In this document: one piece after another, positions 58,594 through 64,000 of the stretch
Numbering within the stretch: position 1 is the stretch's first letter
Layout of the letters: each line of letters starts with the position of its first letter
Assembly: GCA_963718525.1 (NCBI GenBank)
Contig: OY970355.1
Location: 1,184,001-1,248,000 of the forward strand
Reading direction: 5' to 3'
DNA from: Candidatus Dormiibacterota bacterium
GTDB taxonomy: Bacteria; Chloroflexota; Dormibacteria; Aeolococcales; Aeolococcaceae
DNA length: 64,000 nt
The notes under the pieces: model-generated
What the model was told of the DNA's origin: nothing
The model's input: the letters and a program-made list of their open reading frames with translations, nothing else
Database searches by the model: none
Position numbers and translations under genes: made by a program

Positions 58594-59970
58594 TCATATG
58601 TCAGGGTGGCGCCCGCTCCACTCGGTCGACGATTCATACGCGTGTGCTGCCCGCAAGACATCTCGGTCACCGAGCGGAGGACCCGCAAACTGCAGGCCAA
58701 TCGGCAGTTGATGACTCCCGAAACCGCAGGTGATGGAGATGGCCGGCCCGCCGGACAGGTTGAACAGCGATGTGAAGAGTGCTGATGGCGGGACCTTGAG
58801 AACACGGTCGACGGGTCGGGGATGATCAGGTATCCGCTCCGCGACATAGCCGATCGTGGGAAGCATGAGAACATCGACCGATCGGAAACACGCGTCCAAT
58901 CGCCGCGCGATTTCGCGGCGAGCTCGCTGCGCCTGAAGGTAGGTCGTTGCGCTCAGCAGAGCGCCGGCCTTCAGAAGGAGCCTGAATTCGCGACCGTAGA
59001 GTTCGGGTTTGGTGCGAAGGTCATTGAGGTGATATGCGGCGGCTTCGGGTAGCGTGATCAGATAGAACGCGGCGGTTGCCGCCGTCAGGCTCACTCCGAT
59101 GTCCACTCCTGTGACCTCCGCGCTCAGGCTCCGCATATGTGACGCTGCGGCGTCGAATGAGGCCAGTATTTCCGGGTCGCAGCGATCCTGGAAAAATGTC
59201 CACGGAATTCCGATTCGCATGCCCGCAACACCTGGTGGGCTTGTGCCCTCGTCGACGTACGGGCGACCTGAGCACGCTTCGAGCATCATCGACGCATCCT
59301 CGACAGTGCGAGTCAACGGTCCAACGTGATCCAGGCTCCAGGAGAGTGGGAAGACCCCTTGCCGGCTGATCCGACCGTAGGTCGGCTTCAGGCCAACCAC
59401 CCCGCACAGGCTGGCCGGCATCCGGATCGAGCCGCCGGTATCCGTACCTACAGCGCCATACGCCATTCCGGCTGCCACCGCAACTCCGGGTCCAGAGCTG
59501 GAACCACCCGGGGTGAGACTGGGTGACCATGGATTGCGCGGCGGTGGATAGGGTCCTTCGAGACTCGGGCCACCGAGCGCGAACTCGCTGGTGGCCAGTT
59601 TCCCAACGATGATGGCGCCGGCACTCTTCAGCCGGTGCACGACCGCCGCATCATGATCGGCGACGTACTCACGCCGTAGCTCCGACCCCGCCGTTGTCGG
59701 TCCCGAAGCGACGATATCCTTGATGGCGATCGGGACGCCGTGAAGTGGTCCCCGGTAGTCGCCCTTGACCATCTGCTGCTCAGCTTCCGTCGCATCCTTC
59801 ATGGCCTGTGCTTCGAAAATTGCGTAATAGGCGGAGAGACGGGGATTGATGAGTCGCACCCGCTCGAGAATCGCAGCGGTGACCTCAACCGGAGAAACCT
59901 CGGCCGCTCGAATCTTTGCTGCCACCTCGGTGATTGACAGGTAATGCAGCTCTGATCGAACCCCGCTCAC
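58594..59970 (-). CDS. Amidase signature family enzyme (GatA/AtzE-like)
   Basis: GVPIAIKD (Lys), GGSSSG (cis-Ser), GTDTGGSIR (Ser) and GLKPTYGR. Confidence 0.92.
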   Translation of the reverse strand: MSGVRSELHYLSITEVAAKIRAAEVSPVEVTAAILERVRLINPRLSAYYAIFEAQAMKDATEAEQQMVKGDYRGPLHGVPIAIKDIVASGPTTAGSELRREYVADHDAAVVHRLKSAGAIIVGKLATSEFALGGPSLEGPYPPPRNPWSPSLTPGGSSSGPGVAVAAGMAYGAVGTDTGGSIRMPASLCGVVGLKPTYGRISRQGVFPLSWSLDHVGPLTRTVEDASMMLEACSGRPYVDEGTSPPGVAGMRIGIPWTFFQDRCDPEILASFDAAASHMRSLSAEVTGVDIGVSLTAATAAFYLITLPEAAAYHLNDLRTKPELYGREFRLLLKAGALLSATTYLQAQRARREIARRLDACFRSVDVLMLPTIGYVAERIPDHPRPVDRVLKVPPSALFTSLFNLSGGPAISITCGFGSHQLPIGLQFAGPPLGDRDVLRAAHAYESSTEWSGRHPDI

Positions 59971-60152
59971 GGCGAGTCCTCTGGTGCGATGAACGCCGGT
60001 TCGGTCGTGTCGGTCAACATCAGCTCGAGGACGCGCTCGAGATCGAGCAGCGTCTCGTACGCTCGGGTCAACTCCGCCAGTTCATCGCTCGGCAGGGGAA
60101 CAGCACGCCCAGTCAGACCTTGGATCACTGCCGCCTCGAGCGCATTTCGCAT
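59967..60152 (-). CDS. Small (61 aa) GatC/AtzG-like amidase partner
   Basis: MRNALEAAV...LPSDELAELTRAYETL...TEPAF. Stop overlaps the amidase start (GTGA). Size, position and the EP motif fit this class. Confidence 0.55.
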   Translation of the reverse strand: MRNALEAAVIQGLTGRAVPLPSDELAELTRAYETLLDLERVLELMLTDTTEPAFIAPEDSP

Positions 60153-60393
60153 TTGTCCCAAGTATGTGCACAACCGGAGCGGGTCAGCACAGAGTGATTG
60201 ACAGGCCGTCCGCTCGGTGGGACACTTGTCACCGCCCCCGTGCGATGACTTATATTGCATATCTGCCCTTGCGCGCCGACGGCATCTCGTGTCCCCTGGG
60301 GTGCGGATTGCGTCAATTCCACGAAGGATTTCCAACCCAAGTAGCACCGCTGTCGCTCTCGGAACCGATGGATTTGGCTCGCACGGACGCCCG

Positions 60394-61587
60394 GTGAGCG
60401 CGGAGCGAAGCCAGGGGCGTGAGGGGTTCGGATCTGAAGAGATCTTCGCGACTGCAGTGACCTATCTTCCCGGTGGAAATACGAGGTCGACGCTGGCTGT
60501 TTCGCCGCATCCGCCGTATGCGTCTCGCGGGCACGGTTACCTGGTCGTCGACGCCGACGGGCGCGAGGTCATCGATCTCCAAGCAAATATGTCGGCACTG
60601 GTGCATGGTCACGCCCACCCTGCGATCGTCGGCACGATCAAGGCAGCGGTTGAGGACGGTGCGTCATTCGGGTTGCCCACAGCGACGGAGGTCGAGCTGG
60701 CGCGCCACCTTGTCGACCGGATACAGGCCCTTGAGCTCGTTCGGTTCACCAACTCGGGAACGGAAGCTGTGATGACAGTGCTGCGCGTGGCTCGAGCCCA
60801 CACTGGACGCGATTCGATACTGAGGTTCGCCGGCTGCTACCACGGGACGTATGACGCGGTGCTCGCCGACGGCTCTGCGGGCGTGCCCGCAGCAGTGCGG
60901 GACACGGTGATCACCGTCCCTTACGGCGACATTGTTGGATTTGAGAAGGCGATCCGAAAGCATGCGTCGCGTCTTGCCGCGGTGATCATCGATCTCATGC
61001 CGAATCGCTTGGGTTTGAAGCCCGTCTCGATGGAGTTCGCGCGAGCGGTGCGCGCTCTCACTCGCGAACTCGATGTGCTCTTGATCGTCGACGAGGTGAT
61101 CACCTTCCGCTTGGAATATGGCGGTCTCCATGTGAGCTATGACCTGGACCCCGATCTCATAACCCTCGGCAAGGTGATCGGAGGTGGACTTCCGATCGGG
61201 GCCTTTGGAGGGCGGCGCGCGATCATGGAGATGTTCGACCCTCGAATGCTTCATCCCCTCGAGCAGGGCGGAACCTTCACCGCGAACCCGCTCGTCATGC
61301 GGGCCGGTCTCACGACGCTCGAGCTCCTCACGAGGAACGAGATCGATAGGATCAACCGACTTGGTGACATGCTCCGGATGCGTCTCACCGAACTCGGGTA
61401 CGAGGTTAACGGCCGAGGGTCGCTCTCGTGTGTGATGAGCGATGACCCGACCGGGCTGTGGTGGAAGTTGTACCGAGCCGGGATCCTCATCGGACGAAGT
61501 GGAATGATGTGCATGGCCACGGTGATGACCGAGGCGACAGTGGATGAGATTGCTCGGCGCTTCGAAAGCGTTGCCGAGCAGGGCTAG
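60394..61587 (+). CDS. Class III PLP aminotransferase (GSA-aminomutase-like)
   Basis: LPGGNTR, GHAHP, RFTNSGTEA.M, YHG, DEVITFR, LGKVIGGGLP.GAFGG and GTF..NP. Confidence 0.88.
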   Translation: MSAERSQGREGFGSEEIFATAVTYLPGGNTRSTLAVSPHPPYASRGHGYLVVDADGREVIDLQANMSALVHGHAHPAIVGTIKAAVEDGASFGLPTATEVELARHLVDRIQALELVRFTNSGTEAVMTVLRVARAHTGRDSILRFAGCYHGTYDAVLADGSAGVPAAVRDTVITVPYGDIVGFEKAIRKHASRLAAVIIDLMPNRLGLKPVSMEFARAVRALTRELDVLLIVDEVITFRLEYGGLHVSYDLDPDLITLGKVIGGGLPIGAFGGRRAIMEMFDPRMLHPLEQGGTFTANPLVMRAGLTTLELLTRNEIDRINRLGDMLRMRLTELGYEVNGRGSLSCVMSDDPTGLWWKLYRAGILIGRSGMMCMATVMTEATVDEIARRFESVAEQG

Positions 61588-61588
61588 C

Positions 61589-62569
61589 GTGGGTCCTCTG
61601 GTCGCTGTGGCACGGGTGGACACGCCGCCACCGGGCCTCCCTGAACACACGTCTGGCGCCCGTTACCAATTTGCACGCAATGAAGAGGAGCTGCGTGAAG
61701 CCCTCAAGGAAGCCGAGATCATGTTTGCCTGGAACTTTGCAACGGGTTTCGGGGACCCGGCGATCTTCAGGAACACGTTTGCCGACGCGACCAACCTGCG
61801 CTGGATCCACACCGCGGGGGTCGGCGTCGAACGGTTGCTCTTCCCAGAGCTCGTCGCCAGCTCGGTGATTGTCACGAATAGCGGTGGCGTGTACGAGCAG
61901 AGCATGGCCGAATACGCCGTGATGCTGATGCTGCAGATGGCCAAGGATGCCGTTCGCACCTGGGAAGACCAGCGGGAGCACCGATGGAACTTCAGGCGGG
62001 TCGATACGCTCGAAGGGCGCGTGCTCCTGGTCGTCGGCGCCGGCCCGATCGGCCGGTCGATTGCTCGCCTGGCCCAAGCCCTCAGGATGGAGGTGATTGG
62101 GGTGGCGCGGACCCGACGTGACCACGACCCCGACTTCGGAGTTGTCCATCCATCCAGTGACCTGCTCGATATTGTCGGCATGGCAGACTACGTCCTGCTA
62201 GTAGCGCCGCTGGTCGCGGCAACCACGGGGCTCATCGACCGGAATGTGTTCAACCGGATGAAACGAACGGCGCGGCTCATCAACTTGGGTCGCGGCCCTT
62301 TGATCGATGAAGACGCATTCCTGGAGGCCATGCGCGAGGGACGGATTGCGGGCGCAGCCCTGGATGTCTACTGGGACGAGCCGCTACCGGCGGGGCACCC
62401 CGTTTGGGACTTGTCCAACGTTATCGTGTCTCCGCACATGGCCGGTGATGTGACTGACACACATGAACGGTTCGTTGACGGTTTCATGAAGAATCTGGAG
62501 CGGTGGATGACCGGCTCCTCGCTCCTGCACGTCATCGACAAGTCGCTCGGTTACGTTTCATCGGCTTGA
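61589..62569 (+). CDS. D-2-hydroxyacid dehydrogenase
   Basis: GAGPIG, NLGRG, DVY..EPL and SPHMAG. Close paralog of 55110-56222. Confidence 0.9.
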   Translation: MGPLVAVARVDTPPPGLPEHTSGARYQFARNEEELREALKEAEIMFAWNFATGFGDPAIFRNTFADATNLRWIHTAGVGVERLLFPELVASSVIVTNSGGVYEQSMAEYAVMLMLQMAKDAVRTWEDQREHRWNFRRVDTLEGRVLLVVGAGPIGRSIARLAQALRMEVIGVARTRRDHDPDFGVVHPSSDLLDIVGMADYVLLVAPLVAATTGLIDRNVFNRMKRTARLINLGRGPLIDEDAFLEAMREGRIAGAALDVYWDEPLPAGHPVWDLSNVIVSPHMAGDVTDTHERFVDGFMKNLERWMTGSSLLHVIDKSLGYVSSA

Positions 62570-62741
62570 GCCATGTCAGGTCGACTCGATGAACAGCGCA
62601 ATCCATCGAGCGAGGCTAATCCGTTATGGCGCCGTGGTATTCTTATGGAGCTTGCGGGTCTGATTGTCCGCGGGAGTTTGCAGCCGCACTGATACGCCAA
62701 GACCGATACCCGCTGGGTCTTGCAATCACCGAGGAACAGCA

Positions 62742-63680
62742 TTGAGATTTGTTCGCTACATGTCCGAGGTGGGTCCGAGCTTCGGCGTTCTCGACGACGG
62801 CGAGGCGGTCACACCGCTTTACTCTCTCTTCGAGGAGGCGCTTGCGAGCAGGCCGGCGCTCGGCATCTCGCGAGAGTTCATCCAGTTGGCGCTCGATGAT
62901 GCAAGGGTTTTCCTTGCGTCGCTCGACATCATCCGCGCTGCCATCGACGAGGCGCGTGACGTGGTGGACAGCGTTCCTGTCGAGGCCGACAAGCTCAGTG
63001 ACCTGTCCGTGCTGCCGTTCGTGGATGCTCCCGAGAAGGTCCTCGGGGTCAGTTACAACTACCGCACATTCAAGAAGCAGGAGGGGATCGAAGACACCCC
63101 GATCCCACAGGTCTTTCCGAAAACGCCGAGCAGCATCCTCGGGGCACGCGTGCCTGTTCGCGTGCCGTCCGCCATCACCCATGTGGACTTTGAGGCTGAA
63201 GTAGGGGTGATCATCGGGAGCACGGCGCGTCGGGTCGGTTTGGACCAGGCTGCCAGGTGCATCGCAGGTTACACCGCCCTGAACGAGATGACAGCCAAGA
63301 TCCTTCCGCGACCCAAGATGGACCTTGAGACCATTCAGCTGAGGCTCAAGGGTATTGACAACTTCTGTCCGATGGGTCCCGTGGTCGTAACGGCGGACGA
63401 ATGGGAGGCCATGGGCACAGACATCCATGTCAATTGCAAGGTCAACGACGAAGTACGCCAGCACTATCCCGCGTATGACTGGGTCCATTCGCCAGCCGAG
63501 GTGATCGCATTCCTCTCGGGATTCATGACCCTGCGCCCAGGTGACGTGCTGAGCATGGGCACGTCGTCCGGGGTGGGAATTGCAGACATTCCTCCGCGGC
63601 TCCTGAACGATCGCGACGTGGTCGAGGTGTGGATTGACGGTATCCCAGGAACCAATAACGTCGTCCGGTTCAACCCATGA
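62742..63680 (+). CDS. Fumarylacetoacetate hydrolase family protein (divergent)
   Basis: PEKVLGV.YNY, FPK, DFEAEV, K.IDNFCP.GP and PGDV..MGT..GVG. TTG start after GAGGA. Confidence 0.85.
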   Translation: MRFVRYMSEVGPSFGVLDDGEAVTPLYSLFEEALASRPALGISREFIQLALDDARVFLASLDIIRAAIDEARDVVDSVPVEADKLSDLSVLPFVDAPEKVLGVSYNYRTFKKQEGIEDTPIPQVFPKTPSSILGARVPVRVPSAITHVDFEAEVGVIIGSTARRVGLDQAARCIAGYTALNEMTAKILPRPKMDLETIQLRLKGIDNFCPMGPVVVTADEWEAMGTDIHVNCKVNDEVRQHYPAYDWVHSPAEVIAFLSGFMTLRPGDVLSMGTSSGVGIADIPPRLLNDRDVVEVWIDGIPGTNNVVRFNP

Positions 63681-64000
63681 CAGACCCCTCGCAAGCGGAT
63701 CGGAAGTCACCGCCCGTCGGCGTTCTCTTGCTCGAGAGCACGTACATGGACCTGCCCGGTGGCATGGGACGTGCTGACAGCTTCGACTTTCCTGTGGTGC
63801 AGCAACTCGTCCCTGGTGCCCAAACCGAAGTCATCGCGAGCTCTCGGTTCGCCGGACTTGAGGATGGGTATGTGGCCGCGGCTCGGACGCTACGGGACGC
63901 GGGCGTGAGCATGATCACGGCGAATTGCGGGTTCAGCGTGGCATTTCAGGATTCGGTGGCCAGCGCCGTCGAGCTTCCCACGATGCTGTCCAGTCTGATG
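63677..64000 (+). CDS. Asp/Glu/hydantoin racemase superfamily-like protein (partial, runs off the window)
   Basis: Manual translation MTDPSQADRKSPPVGVLLLE...PG.MG...SFDFPV...AAARTL...G...ITANCGF...Q...A.AV..P...SSL. ATGA overlap with the FAH gene. Confidence 0.65.
   Translation, partial: MTDPSQADRKSPPVGVLLLESTYMDLPGGMGRADSFDFPVVQQLVPGAQTEVIASSRFAGLEDGYVAAARTLRDAGVSMITANCGFSVAFQDSVASAVELPTMLSSLM

Noticed and set aside
58594-59970. gatA of the tRNA amidotransferase
   Set aside because: No gatB is adjacent, GatA-specific segments are not evident, and the context is catabolic.
60394-61587. Housekeeping hemL
   Set aside because: It is shorter and divergent, sits in a catabolic cluster with no hem genes, and is better called a class III aminotransferase.

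Overview
High-GC bacterial chromosomal window. Its gene content resembles soil Chloroflexota/Dormibacterota/Actinomycetota-type organisms, but this taxonomic guess is only an inference. The first ~42.3 kb is mostly backbone: argS (truncated at the window edge), galU, coaE, a MoxR-DUF58-transglutaminase module, clpB, yhhQ-queF, an MgtE-N/CBS plus NRAMP-related transporter pair, thiD, a diguanylate cyclase, gltX, tRNA-Glu, a MarR/epoxide hydrolase pair and an RHH-DUF4097-ABC exporter operon. From a tRNA-Tyr at 42.3 kb to the right edge lies a compositionally distinct catabolic cluster: a split three-subunit molybdenum hydroxylase, an amidohydrolase, an F420-type LLM oxidoreductase, a tautomerase, 2-oxoacid dehydrogenase E1a/E1b/E2, three Rid proteins, three D-2-hydroxyacid dehydrogenases, two FAH-family proteins, an amidase with a small partner, a class III aminotransferase and GntR. 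The most notable observations are: (1) a tRNA-Tyr with archaeal/eukaryotic identity elements (C1:G72, A73, no long variable arm); (2) a switch-like leader that sequesters the RBS of the NRAMP-related gene; (3) a coupled operon of a degenerate histidine kinase, an intact response regulator and a pseudo-receiver paralog, next to an orphan gene with a highly structured ~230-nt upstream region; (4) three Rid proteins that all lack the catalytic Arg. No CRISPR array, transposase or integrase was seen. All calls come from reading motifs by eye; no database searches were run.
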